In this document: positions 49,439 to 58,664 of the stretch, piece after piece | Layout of the letters: every line of letters starts with the position of its first letter | Position numbering within the stretch: position 1 is the stretch's first letter | Source: an uncultured Pseudobdellovibrionaceae bacterium | Lineage (GTDB): Bacteria; Bdellovibrionota; Bdellovibrionia; Bdellovibrionales; UBA1609 | Direction of reading: 5' to 3' | Assembly: GCA_963803705.1 (NCBI GenBank) | Contig: CAWDNU010000004.1 | Span: 399,943-463,942, forward strand | DNA length: 64,000 nucleotides | Position numbers and translations under genes: made by a program | Notes under the pieces: generated by a model | Told to the model about the DNA's origin: nothing | The model's database searches: none | Seen by the model: the letters and a program-made list of their open reading frames with translations, nothing else

Positions 49439-50137
49439 TTGCACATTAGAAACTTAAATTCATTTTTTGGTTTGCTATTGATGTCAGCTGTACTTTTTTT
49501 AGCCAGCTGCTCTCATCTAAATTTTAAATCTAGTAAGGAGCCAGAACCAGATCCAATAGAACTACTAAAAAAAGACCTGAAATCTGACAACGAAATCTTT
49601 AGAAAAAATCTTGAAGAAAAAATATCTAGGGTCATTCGAAATGAAATAGTTCCTGAGTTAAGAGAAATATCTATCTACTCAAGAAGAACGATAAAAAAAC
49701 AAAATGAAATTAAAAGTGAGGCTCTACAAAAAATTATTATCGGAAGAGTAGAATGGATCAAAACTACAGATCCCGAAGTAAAATTTAGAGCCAGAATAGA
49801 TACCGGTGCCCAGACCTGTTCAATCCACGCCGATAAAATCACAGAGGTATCCAAAGAGGGTGTGCCCTACGTTGAATTTGTCACAACAGACGAACAAGGT
49901 GAACGGCATTCGTTTTTAAAAAAAATTATTAAGACTACTATTGTTAAAAGCACTTCTGGTGCGTCCAGAAAACGCTACGTCATCAAATTAGATTTACTAT
50001 TTGGTGGCCGTCAAATTTCAACAAACGTTAATTTGAACAACAGAACCCACTTAAAACATAATTTTTTGGTGGGTCGCAATCTTTTACTTGGTGACTATAT
50101 TGTAGATGTTTCTCAATCACGCCTACTGGACAAATAA
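49439..50137 (+). CDS. Lipoprotein with a retropepsin-like aspartic peptidase domain (COG4067 / 'ATP-dependent zinc protease' / RimB-like family)
   Basis: The lipobox is FLASC. FRARIDTGAQTCSIHA carries the D-T-G-A aspartyl motif, and the tail reads ...RYVIKLDLLFGG...NFLVGRNLLLGDYIVDV. Confidence 0.7.
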   Translation: MHIRNLNSFFGLLLMSAVLFLASCSHLNFKSSKEPEPDPIELLKKDLKSDNEIFRKNLEEKISRVIRNEIVPELREISIYSRRTIKKQNEIKSEALQKIIIGRVEWIKTTDPEVKFRARIDTGAQTCSIHADKITEVSKEGVPYVEFVTTDEQGERHSFLKKIIKTTIVKSTSGASRKRYVIKLDLLFGGRQISTNVNLNNRTHLKHNFLVGRNLLLGDYIVDVSQSRLLDK

Positions 50138-51751
50138 ATGATACCAATTAAGCTACTAAAAAAAATAATAATTTTCATATGTATCGCTTTACCAATTTAT
50201 ATGTTGATTTACAAAAGTCAGAAGCTAGGTTTACCAATTATACCAAGACAGGCTTTAGACCTGTGGCAAGTTGAAATAAAAGCTAATCATAAAAATTTAA
50301 GAAAACTTTTGGTAGGACAGCCAAGAGAAATTGTCATTCCCGTTCCAACTTCGACAAATTCTCAGACAATCAATAGCATAGAGCTTGCACCAGAAAAAAA
50401 TATTAAACTTCTCCAAGAGATTGAAGGCGGACCGGTCTTATTTTTATCTTCTGACTACATTAACAAAAATGTTCAGACCTTAATCACGGCAAAAATTCAG
50501 CTCTACGAACTAAACTCTAGAACTAACGTTGTAAAAAATGAGTCCTTAGATGATTTTCAATTAGGTAAGTATAAGAATCTTAGTGGTTACTCTGTCGCTG
50601 AGCTTGAGTCCCTTAAAAAACTCTCTTCATCACTTAGCTTTAGTCAAGACGGTCCACTTGAAAGACTACAAAAATTTTTCTTTTACGTTTCTGATGAAAT
50701 TGTTTTACAACCAGGTTTAGATTCAATTGAGGACACTTTAACTTTGTCATCCGGAAGTTTGCTAGGACAAGCAAAACTTATGACCGCACTTGCAAGACTA
50801 AACGGTATTCCGTCAAGGGTTGCTTTTGGCATTCAAATTCTAGATCCAAGAACAAACAGAAAAAGTAAATATAGTCGGGTCTTTTATACTGAAGCTTTGA
50901 TGAACAACAAGTGGATACCTATTAGTCCCCACTATAAATTGTTTGGTCAAACAAACAAAGACATGATTGTAATTCACAGGGATAGCGAAAAGTATATGGA
51001 TCTGTTTAATGACAGAAACATGCTATCAATAATGATCGAGCCTCTGAAATTTATGAGTTATTCGTCTGAATCTTATATGAAAAAACTTAAGACGCAAAGC
51101 ACATTTTGGTCTTACTTTTCCCTCCACAGGTTTTCGCTTTCTATTCAAGCAATTTTTCTTGGGATTTTGCTGATACCTTTTGGCACTATTATCCTTTCTT
51201 TTAGCCGCGTATTTTTAGGTATAAACACTTTTGGTATTTTTACGCCTATACTGTTAACTCTATTTTTTCTTGAAACTTCATTTGTCTTTGCTTTTACACT
51301 TTTCTTTTTCGTAGCCATCTTAGGATTCACTCAAAGATATTTACTTGATCGCTTTCACATTTTGGCCGTACCTAGACTTTCAATTTTACTGACCATGACG
51401 ATAATTGTTTACACACTTTATATCATCATTGCAGATAGCACTGGACTATTAGTTGTTAATAACCAAACTGTAAACTACTTCCCTATTGTAATTATAAGTA
51501 TTCTGATCGAAAGATTTTCTGTCTACTATATTGAAGAAGGCTTAGTTAACACTATGAAAACCGCAGTAGGAACTCTATTTGTGTCAACCTTATGCTACAT
51601 GCTACTTTCTGTGCACTGGCTAAAGGCTTTAATTTTTAACAATCCAGAACTACTTCTTCTTTCAATTGGCCTAAATATTTTGATTGGAAGCTACAAGGGC
51701 TACAGATTAAGCGAGTATTTTAGGTTCTCTGGGCTTAAGGATTCTAAATAA
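50138..51751 (+). CDS. Transglutaminase-like extracytoplasmic domain fused to a 7-TM module
   Basis: An N-terminal TM precedes a ~300-aa soluble domain (GSLLGQAKLMTALARLNGIPSRVAFG is transglutaminase-core-like). Seven hydrophobic helices follow. The start abuts the upstream stop. Confidence 0.6.
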   Translation: MIPIKLLKKIIIFICIALPIYMLIYKSQKLGLPIIPRQALDLWQVEIKANHKNLRKLLVGQPREIVIPVPTSTNSQTINSIELAPEKNIKLLQEIEGGPVLFLSSDYINKNVQTLITAKIQLYELNSRTNVVKNESLDDFQLGKYKNLSGYSVAELESLKKLSSSLSFSQDGPLERLQKFFFYVSDEIVLQPGLDSIEDTLTLSSGSLLGQAKLMTALARLNGIPSRVAFGIQILDPRTNRKSKYSRVFYTEALMNNKWIPISPHYKLFGQTNKDMIVIHRDSEKYMDLFNDRNMLSIMIEPLKFMSYSSESYMKKLKTQSTFWSYFSLHRFSLSIQAIFLGILLIPFGTIILSFSRVFLGINTFGIFTPILLTLFFLETSFVFAFTLFFFVAILGFTQRYLLDRFHILAVPRLSILLTMTIIVYTLYIIIADSTGLLVVNNQTVNYFPIVIISILIERFSVYYIEEGLVNTMKTAVGTLFVSTLCYMLLSVHWLKALIFNNPELLLLSIGLNILIGSYKGYRLSEYFRFSGLKDSK

Positions 51752-51752
51752 C

Positions 51753-52703
51753 ATGTTCAAGTATTTGAAAGATTTAGGCATATTAGGAAATAATGGCCGT
51801 ATCACAGATTTTATTCTGCCCCACAACAAGCGTAAGTCTTACCCTTTTGTAGACAACAAACTTTTGACTCACGAATTAGCAATAAAAAACAGTATAGCGG
51901 GGCCCAAACTTTATTTTAATATTAGGACGTTTGGTGACCTAAAATTTTTGCATTCCTTTTTTAAAGATATTGAGTCCGCTGTTATAAAGCCAGCCAGGGG
52001 TTCTCAGGGAAATGGCATTTTAGTTTTAAACCAAATTCTTTGGGACCCAAAGCCTAATAAAACTAAATTTATGACCTCTAGGAAAAACATGACTAGTTTT
52101 TCGGAGGTCGAATATCATATCAGTTCAATTTTAAGTGGCCTTTACTCTTTAAACGGAGATATGGATCAAGTGCTGGTTCAAGAAAAGTTGGATTCAACCG
52201 AGAATTTAAAGCGTATTAGCTTTAAAGGTTTGCCAGATATTCGAGTGATTTTATTTTATGGGATACCTGTTATGGCGATGACCCGGCTGCCCACCGAGCA
52301 ATCCTCTGGACGAGGCAATCTGCATCAGGGTGCAGTAGGGCTTGGTTTAAAAATATCTGATGGATCTGTCGTTGGTGCCATACAAAGCAACCGGTTGATC
52401 ACAAAGCACCCTGATTTTGATATCTCGATTTTTGACCTTAAAATCCCCGAGTGGAAAGACGTACTTAATCTAGCAGCAAAATGTTCTGAACTGGTTGACA
52501 TCAAATATCTTGGTGTAGACTTAGTAATTGATCCAGTAAAAGGACCAATGCTTTTAGAAATGAATGCGAGACCTGGTCTTTCTATTCAACTAGCCAACAA
52601 GACCGGACTACTACCAAGATTAAAACAAGTAAATGAATTTTTAATCAAAAATAAAAATGCCACAACTGATGAAAAAATAGACTTCGCTATTTCAAATTTT
52701 TAG
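51753..52703 (+). CDS. RimK-related alpha-L-glutamate ligase-like ATP-grasp protein
   Basis: KPARGSQGNGILV is an ATP-grasp motif, and GVDLVIDPVKGPMLLEMNARPGLSIQ is the RimK-type C-terminal motif. The gene starts 1 nt after the upstream stop. Confidence 0.75.
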   Translation: MFKYLKDLGILGNNGRITDFILPHNKRKSYPFVDNKLLTHELAIKNSIAGPKLYFNIRTFGDLKFLHSFFKDIESAVIKPARGSQGNGILVLNQILWDPKPNKTKFMTSRKNMTSFSEVEYHISSILSGLYSLNGDMDQVLVQEKLDSTENLKRISFKGLPDIRVILFYGIPVMAMTRLPTEQSSGRGNLHQGAVGLGLKISDGSVVGAIQSNRLITKHPDFDISIFDLKIPEWKDVLNLAAKCSELVDIKYLGVDLVIDPVKGPMLLEMNARPGLSIQLANKTGLLPRLKQVNEFLIKNKNATTDEKIDFAISNF

Positions 52704-52772
52704 TTAGGGCCTGTGGAAGATCTTGCATCTAAACTCAATGATGAAAGCTAAAAAATACAATATTCAAAGCCG

Positions 52773-53288
52773 CTACTTGTTGATCTTATCCAAACCAAAG
52801 TGGGTTTCAAAGTCGTCATCAAAAACACTTGATAGACTGTAGTGAGCCAAACATGTCATATCCTGAAGTTGTCCTAACCTTTCAGAATCTACATCAAGCT
52901 CTTTCAAGGTTTTTTCGTCACAAGATTTTAAGTGATCGGCAAGATCTTTAACTTTTTCAAGCATAACCAGTTCACGTCGCTTCAGTACGTTCAAGATCAC
53001 TTCTAAAACTTTAGGGTTAGCGTTATAATGTTGAAAGACAGAGGGTGAATCTAATTCGACCCTACATATCACCTTATTTTTAATTAAGTCTTTTATCGCC
53101 AAGCTTACTAGCCCCTTGCTGACTTTTAAATTATCAATAAAGTACTGGGCATCCCTGGGTACTGAGGACAAATAAAGCAAACACCATATTCTGCCATGAA
53201 TGGACTTAAAACCCCAATACTTCATAAACTCGCCAACTGCGTGGGCAAGATTAAATTGAGAGCTTAAACACTCATTTTTAAGCGGCAT
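52773..53288 (-). CDS. GbsR/MarR-like winged-helix transcriptional regulator
   Basis: EFMKYWGFKSIHGRIWCLLYLS...LKVSKGLVSLAIKDLIKNKVI resembles the GbsR-type (COG1510) N-terminal wHTH. Confidence 0.55.
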   Translation of the reverse strand: MPLKNECLSSQFNLAHAVGEFMKYWGFKSIHGRIWCLLYLSSVPRDAQYFIDNLKVSKGLVSLAIKDLIKNKVICRVELDSPSVFQHYNANPKVLEVILNVLKRRELVMLEKVKDLADHLKSCDEKTLKELDVDSERLGQLQDMTCLAHYSLSSVFDDDFETHFGLDKINK

Positions 53289-53300
53289 GCAAACAACTCC

Positions 53301-54668
53301 TTATTTGAACGTGCTATTAAGCACCTGAGTACGATATTTAAAAATTTTATTTATATCTCGACGCACTTTCCACCCAGCGAAGATTAAACCGATAATTCCC
53401 AGTGGCAAACTATAATCTACTTGATCTTTCACAAGGGTGCCGGCACCCAATGGCTCAAACAAGTGGGTGTGATGCCATTTTTTGTAAGGACCCTTTTCTT
53501 GCATATCTGAAAACGAATTCGGCGGATTCCAAGTTGTGATAAGAGTTTGCCACTTCAATGGAATAACTCCGTCTAGCCATAATTTGTAGGTGATTAAAGT
53601 GCCTTTTTCAATTTTATCTGTAGTCTTAGAGATCACTTTAAACCTCATAGCTGGCGGGGTTATTTTTTCCAGATTATCTACATTTGAAAAAAATAAAAAA
53701 ACCTTATCTACAGACTCGTTTACATAAAGCTCGGACGCAAACCTTGCCTCTGCGATTTTAAGCTTTGGGATGTTTTTCTCTAAACTTGATTCCGCTGTAT
53801 CAAATTTAAATTTATAACCAAGGCTCACTATCTTCTGTGCAGAAACATTTTGTGACATTAAAAGATACTTAGTAAATTCGCCTACTATAATCTTAAGTGA
53901 GAATCGGGGCACGGGCACTAGAACAGGCCTAGAAATTCTTTGTCCAATAATTTTAGTGAATTTCTTATTAGAAATTGGATTTGGCGCAACACCATTGATT
54001 GGTCCAACTACATCTTTATTTTCTAAGGCGTAAAGATAAATGCCAACGATATCCTGAATATCGATCCAGCTCATGATTTGCGTGCCGTCTGCAAGGGGTC
54101 CACCAAGACCACTTTTCAACGGAGGAAGCATTTGTTCTAAAGCACCACCCTGTGCTGACAACACGATTCCGGTGCGGATGTGACACACCCTTGTTGCTGG
54201 CTGACCTGAAAGCATTTGGTATGCCATGGCTTCCCAATTTTTACATAGCTCACCAAAAAAATTATCCGCCGGAGCAACGCTTTCATCCATAGGTTTTGAA
54301 TTTTCTGGATAATAACCGATAGCCGAAGCGCCGATAAAAAATTTAAGATTACTTGGGGCGTTTTTTAAAAGATTTTTTGTAAGCAAAATACGACTGTTTT
54401 CAAGACGAATTTTAAACTTATCTGACCATCTTTTTTCGGCGACACTTACGCCAGCAAGATGAATCACCCCATCTATGCCTTGGAAGTGCTTTGAGTCTAA
54501 AGAATCTTTTTCACCGTCCCACTGTATGGCTGTGTGCGGGTAAGGGCACTTAACCGAAGAGGTTTTTGCATTTCGAGTCAGAACAAATAGATGGTGCCCC
54601 TTTCTAACAAGGTCTTTACCCAATTCGCTACCTATTAGGCCTGTTCCACCCGTCAAAAGAATTTTCAT
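53301..54668 (-). CDS. YfcH/TIGR01777-type NAD(P)-binding epimerase-family protein fused to a C-terminal SRPBCC (START/cyclase-dehydrase-like) domain
   Basis: MKILLTGGTGLIGSEL is the Rossmann motif, and the DUF1731-like segment is LGYKFKFDTAESSL. About 150 extra residues follow (FASELYVNESVDKVFLFFSN...KWHHTHLFEP), typical of SRPBCC ligand-binding domains. Confidence 0.7.
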   Translation of the reverse strand: MKILLTGGTGLIGSELGKDLVRKGHHLFVLTRNAKTSSVKCPYPHTAIQWDGEKDSLDSKHFQGIDGVIHLAGVSVAEKRWSDKFKIRLENSRILLTKNLLKNAPSNLKFFIGASAIGYYPENSKPMDESVAPADNFFGELCKNWEAMAYQMLSGQPATRVCHIRTGIVLSAQGGALEQMLPPLKSGLGGPLADGTQIMSWIDIQDIVGIYLYALENKDVVGPINGVAPNPISNKKFTKIIGQRISRPVLVPVPRFSLKIIVGEFTKYLLMSQNVSAQKIVSLGYKFKFDTAESSLEKNIPKLKIAEARFASELYVNESVDKVFLFFSNVDNLEKITPPAMRFKVISKTTDKIEKGTLITYKLWLDGVIPLKWQTLITTWNPPNSFSDMQEKGPYKKWHHTHLFEPLGAGTLVKDQVDYSLPLGIIGLIFAGWKVRRDINKIFKYRTQVLNSTFK

Positions 54669-54761
54669 AGTTTGATGTTAGCACAGGTTAAAGTCTTAAA
54701 CCAAGAGTCCTAAATTAAATGAAAGTAATTGATCTATCGCTACTCGCTAAAGCTTTTAAAA

Positions 54762-55058
54762 TCATTTTATCTCCCAGGCTTGCTCGTTGATGTATGCTGC
54801 CATATCTAGGTCTTTACCGGTCACCCCATCTGCATCGTGAGTTCTTAGCTCAACCCATAGATTATTATATATATTTTTCCATTCTGGGTGGTGCTCTTTT
54901 TTTTCAGCATATAGAGCAACCTGGGTCATAAGTGAAAACGCCTGAACGAAATCCTTAAAGACAAACTTTTTTTGAATGCACTTTTTTTGGGCTGAATATG
55001 ACCAGCCCATCAAAACCTTAAGCTTAGTTTCAATATCATTGGGACTCAGTGAATTCAA
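54762..55058 (-). CDS. Pterin-4-alpha-carbinolamine dehydratase
   Basis: It is 98 aa. FVFKDFVQAFSLMTQVALYAEKKEHHPEW...LRTHDADGVTGKDLDMA matches the PCD/DCoH signature. Confidence 0.85.
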   Translation of the reverse strand: MNSLSPNDIETKLKVLMGWSYSAQKKCIQKKFVFKDFVQAFSLMTQVALYAEKKEHHPEWKNIYNNLWVELRTHDADGVTGKDLDMAAYINEQAWEIK

Positions 55059-55237
55059 AACAGCCCTCCTATGTAAAGCTATTAGAAGTCTAACAATAGA
55101 ATTCTTGGTTTCAAAAGATAATTATTATTTTATCGCTTAACGACATTTTTTAAACTGAGGCTTTGTCTTCAGACTCTTTTACGATACCCTTTATCGTAAC
55201 TAAATAATCTAACCAACCATTAAAAGGGGCTATCACA

Positions 55238-55864
55238 ATGTCTTCTAAAGCTTTTTTTTCATATTCATTTTTTGCAGTGCTAACTATTTTAAGCTTCAAC
55301 TCAGCTCATGCTTACAATTCCATAATTAACTCTGGAGCTGTCACCGAATCCGGCAGCTATAAACTTGGATCCGAACTTCAGATATTGACCGACGAACCAT
55401 CTGGAGCAAACCTTTTACTGTTTATCGATCTTCCAACGAAATCTCAATCCGTAGATTACCGTTTTAAATTTGGAACAGGAGCAACCGATGTCAACTTGGG
55501 GGTCGCTGCTAAATGGATTCCAATTCCAGATTTACAAAAGCAACCCGCACTAGGTTTTATTTTTGATTTTGATTGGATCAGCGATGAAGACACTGATTTT
55601 TTAACTTTTAGAGTAGCGCCAATCATCAGTAAAGATTTGAAGTGGGAGTACGGCTCAATGACTCCCTACGCCGCCTTGCCATTAGGGGCTCGCCAAATAC
55701 TTAAAGACACTTCAGGTGACAAATTTGATTTTACGGCACAACTAACTTTCGGTGTTGAGGTCAACTTTGAAGCTTACGACGATTTAACATTCTTCGGCGA
55801 GGCCGGTTTTGATATTGAAGAGTCAATCACTTACTTTAGTTTTGCAGCTCGCTACAAAATGTAA
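55238..55864 (+). CDS. Hypothetical secreted protein, possibly a small OM beta-barrel
   Basis: It has the signal peptide FFAVLTILSFNSAHA and alternating amphipathic strands. Confidence 0.4.
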   Translation: MSSKAFFSYSFFAVLTILSFNSAHAYNSIINSGAVTESGSYKLGSELQILTDEPSGANLLLFIDLPTKSQSVDYRFKFGTGATDVNLGVAAKWIPIPDLQKQPALGFIFDFDWISDEDTDFLTFRVAPIISKDLKWEYGSMTPYAALPLGARQILKDTSGDKFDFTAQLTFGVEVNFEAYDDLTFFGEAGFDIEESITYFSFAARYKM

Positions 55865-55879
55865 TTTCCCGAGGCCTTT

Positions 55880-57034
55880 TTGGATAGTAATTTAGACTTA
55901 CCGATATTAGATAACGAAAGGAATAAAGAAGAAGCTTTATTCCTTTCAGACGTTTATTTTTCTATGGTGGAGCTTATAAACATAAGTTGCAAAAAGACTT
56001 TGTTAGATATGGGGCTTTATCATTTCAATAAACCTGGAAAGATGATTCGATCAAAAATTATTTATGAGTTAGGACTTAGTTACAATATTCCACTTACACA
56101 ACTGCTCAAGTGGTCTATGGCATGCGAGCTTTTGCACGAGGCAAGCCTAATCCATGATGATCTGCAAGATGGCGATAAGATCAGGCGAGATCAAAAATCG
56201 GTCTGGTTTAGATATGGTGCTGCTCAGGCCATAAATTTGGGTGACTTTCTACTTATGCTTTCTTACCAACCCTTAGGGTCTTTATCATCACGCTTAACCA
56301 GCCTTCACGTGCAAACGTCTTTGAAGCTTGTTCAAGGCCAGGCCAACGAGTTTGATATGGGTAAAACTAAAATTAATTCCACATTAGATTTAGAAACTAA
56401 AGTTTTAAACGAATCCATCACAGACGAATATCTTGACTGCGTACGCGGTAAAACTGGAGCTTTATTTGCAAGTCTTGCAACTGGAATTTCATTTTTGGCG
56501 TCCACTGGCGAGTTCGAACGCAGGTATCTAGATGATATATTTTTAGAATTGGGCGTAATTTTTCAGATTCAAGACGACTTGCTAGATTTATTCGGTGATA
56601 AAAAACGAGGGGCACAGGGTGCAGATATTGGGGAGGGCAAATGTAGCGTTTTAATCGCTATTCACTTTGACTCTTACCCAGAAGATATAGCCTATATTAA
56701 TTCAATATTAGAAAAACCAAGAAATGACACTACAATCGAAGACATTGAAAACCTAAAGTGTATTTTTATCGAAAAAGGCACTTTGAATAGCTGTATTGTG
56801 TTTTTAAAAACTAAGATAAACGAGCTTAAGGCTCACATGTCAGACAGGCAAGATTCTGGTTACAATGCAGACATCGTTAGCAAAGTCTTAACTTTTATAG
56901 AGCAAATTTTAGCTCCTATTCAGCATGTTTATGAACAAAACAGATATAAGTTCGAATCTGAAATCGATGCATTAGACAATAATTTTGAAGTCGATAACCA
57001 AACATTTGCAAATTTGAAAGATTTAAGTTCGTAA
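55880..57034 (+). CDS. crtE: Polyprenyl (geranylgeranyl) diphosphate synthase, CrtE-like (TTG start; start uncertain)
   Basis: The first Asp-rich motif is LLHEASLIHDDLQDGDKIRR and the second is FQIQDDLLD. The gene heads the carotenoid operon. Confidence 0.75.
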   Translation: MDSNLDLPILDNERNKEEALFLSDVYFSMVELINISCKKTLLDMGLYHFNKPGKMIRSKIIYELGLSYNIPLTQLLKWSMACELLHEASLIHDDLQDGDKIRRDQKSVWFRYGAAQAINLGDFLLMLSYQPLGSLSSRLTSLHVQTSLKLVQGQANEFDMGKTKINSTLDLETKVLNESITDEYLDCVRGKTGALFASLATGISFLASTGEFERRYLDDIFLELGVIFQIQDDLLDLFGDKKRGAQGADIGEGKCSVLIAIHFDSYPEDIAYINSILEKPRNDTTIEDIENLKCIFIEKGTLNSCIVFLKTKINELKAHMSDRQDSGYNADIVSKVLTFIEQILAPIQHVYEQNRYKFESEIDALDNNFEVDNQTFANLKDLSS

Positions 57035-57036
57035 AG

Positions 57037-57930
57037 ATGACGACTTGCCCTGCTTTAAAATTTCAAAACGTTTCTAAAAAATATGGTACCCAACTAGCGC
57101 TTCAAAATATAAACGTAACCATCGAGCCCCATGAGCAAGTCGCTCTACTAGGCTGTAATGGTGCTGGTAAATCAACTTTTATTAATTTAGCCACTGGGCT
57201 TAGGCAGCAAACTTCTGGCGACATATCTGTATTCGACTCAAAAAACCTTATCCCTAGGGTAAAGTCTAAAATCGGCTACCTGCCCCAGGTGTTGAAGTTT
57301 CCGTCGTATTTAAAGGTAAAAGAAATTATCAATGTCGTTGAAGCACACTTTAATGACAAAGTTTTAAAAGACCTTTTAGAAAGGTTAGACCTTTATAGAT
57401 TAATGGACAGGTACTGTTCAGGACTAAGCGGCGGCGAGGAAAGAAAACTAGGATTAGTTTTGTCTCTTATAGGTCACAGGCCTTTGCTAATCCTTGATGA
57501 GCCGACCGCTAACGTAGACTTGGTGGCTAAGTCCGAAATTCACAAAATTATTGCTGAACATATCAAGGATTATAACCAGTCTTTTCTATTTTCCTCTCAC
57601 GAAATGAGTGAAGTCGAAAAACTTGCTAAAAGAGTTATAGTACTCAATCAGGGACAAATCGTTGCAGATGGAAATGTTCAGCAAATCAAACAGTCTTTTG
57701 GATCTATGACAGTGAAGTTCAGTGCAGATTCTTTTGATTCAATTCTTACTTCATCGACAAAAATCGAGCGGCAAGCAGTCATCGATGGAACGATTAGCTA
57801 CAAAATTTTTGGTGCAAGCAGCGATAAAATTATCAAAGAGATTATTGAAAGAGAAATAGATTTTAAAAATCTGACTGTTGAGCAAACATCATTAGATGAG
57901 GTTTTTTTAAAACTTTGGAGTAAAAGCTAA
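57037..57930 (+). CDS. ABC transporter ATP-binding protein
   Basis: It has Walker A (GCNGAGKST), the signature (LSGGEERK) and Walker B (LLILDEPT). Confidence 0.9.
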   Translation: MTTCPALKFQNVSKKYGTQLALQNINVTIEPHEQVALLGCNGAGKSTFINLATGLRQQTSGDISVFDSKNLIPRVKSKIGYLPQVLKFPSYLKVKEIINVVEAHFNDKVLKDLLERLDLYRLMDRYCSGLSGGEERKLGLVLSLIGHRPLLILDEPTANVDLVAKSEIHKIIAEHIKDYNQSFLFSSHEMSEVEKLAKRVIVLNQGQIVADGNVQQIKQSFGSMTVKFSADSFDSILTSSTKIERQAVIDGTISYKIFGASSDKIIKEIIEREIDFKNLTVEQTSLDEVFLKLWSKS

Positions 57931-58664
57931 TGAGATTAATTTTGACACACGCTAGTTGGATGGTTTTAGAGCTTTTACGCCAACCAGCATATATAGTGTC
58001 AACTTTAGCCTTCCCTGCTTTGTTCTACATTATATTTGCCATTCCTGAATCCAACACAGAGCAGTCTTCGAATTTCCTTTTGGCTTCATTCTGTGGGTTT
58101 GCAAATTTTGGAGTTTTATTTTTGCAGTTTGGTGTTGGCGTGGCTCAAGAGCGATCTAAATCCTGGTATCACTATTTAAGAACTCTACCGTTAAATTATT
58201 TTCAGTTGATTATGGCAAGATTTCTATCTTCTTATGTTTTTGCTATTTTATCCATATTGGTTCTTGTATTTTTAGCTAAACTGTTCACCTTAGCAAGCTT
58301 AACCCCTTTGCAGTGGTTATACTTTTCATTGGCCCACTTAGGTTTAGGTCTGATATTTTGTTTGATGGGTTTAACATTGGGTTACTGGGCTGAAGAAAAA
58401 ACAGCTTTACCTATTGGTAATCTTATTTATTTACCTCTTACTTTTGCTGGTGGCCTATGGAAACCACCTTCTCAGTTACCCCTCAGTATTAAAGGGGTTT
58501 CCGAGTATTTACCCACAAGACACTACGGAGAAGTCTTGTGGGCTATAGTGAGTGAAAAAAATGTTGATACTGAGTATCTTTTTGGTTTGTTTATTTATGG
58601 ACTGCTCTTTCTTGCTTTAAGTTATGCTGGTTTAAGCAAGGATTTAAAATCTAGGATGTCTTGA
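57930..58664 (+). CDS. ABC-2-type transporter permease
   Basis: It has six hydrophobic helices. Its start overlaps the ATPase stop (TAATG). Confidence 0.65.
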   Translation: MRLILTHASWMVLELLRQPAYIVSTLAFPALFYIIFAIPESNTEQSSNFLLASFCGFANFGVLFLQFGVGVAQERSKSWYHYLRTLPLNYFQLIMARFLSSYVFAILSILVLVFLAKLFTLASLTPLQWLYFSLAHLGLGLIFCLMGLTLGYWAEEKTALPIGNLIYLPLTFAGGLWKPPSQLPLSIKGVSEYLPTRHYGEVLWAIVSEKNVDTEYLFGLFIYGLLFLALSYAGLSKDLKSRMS

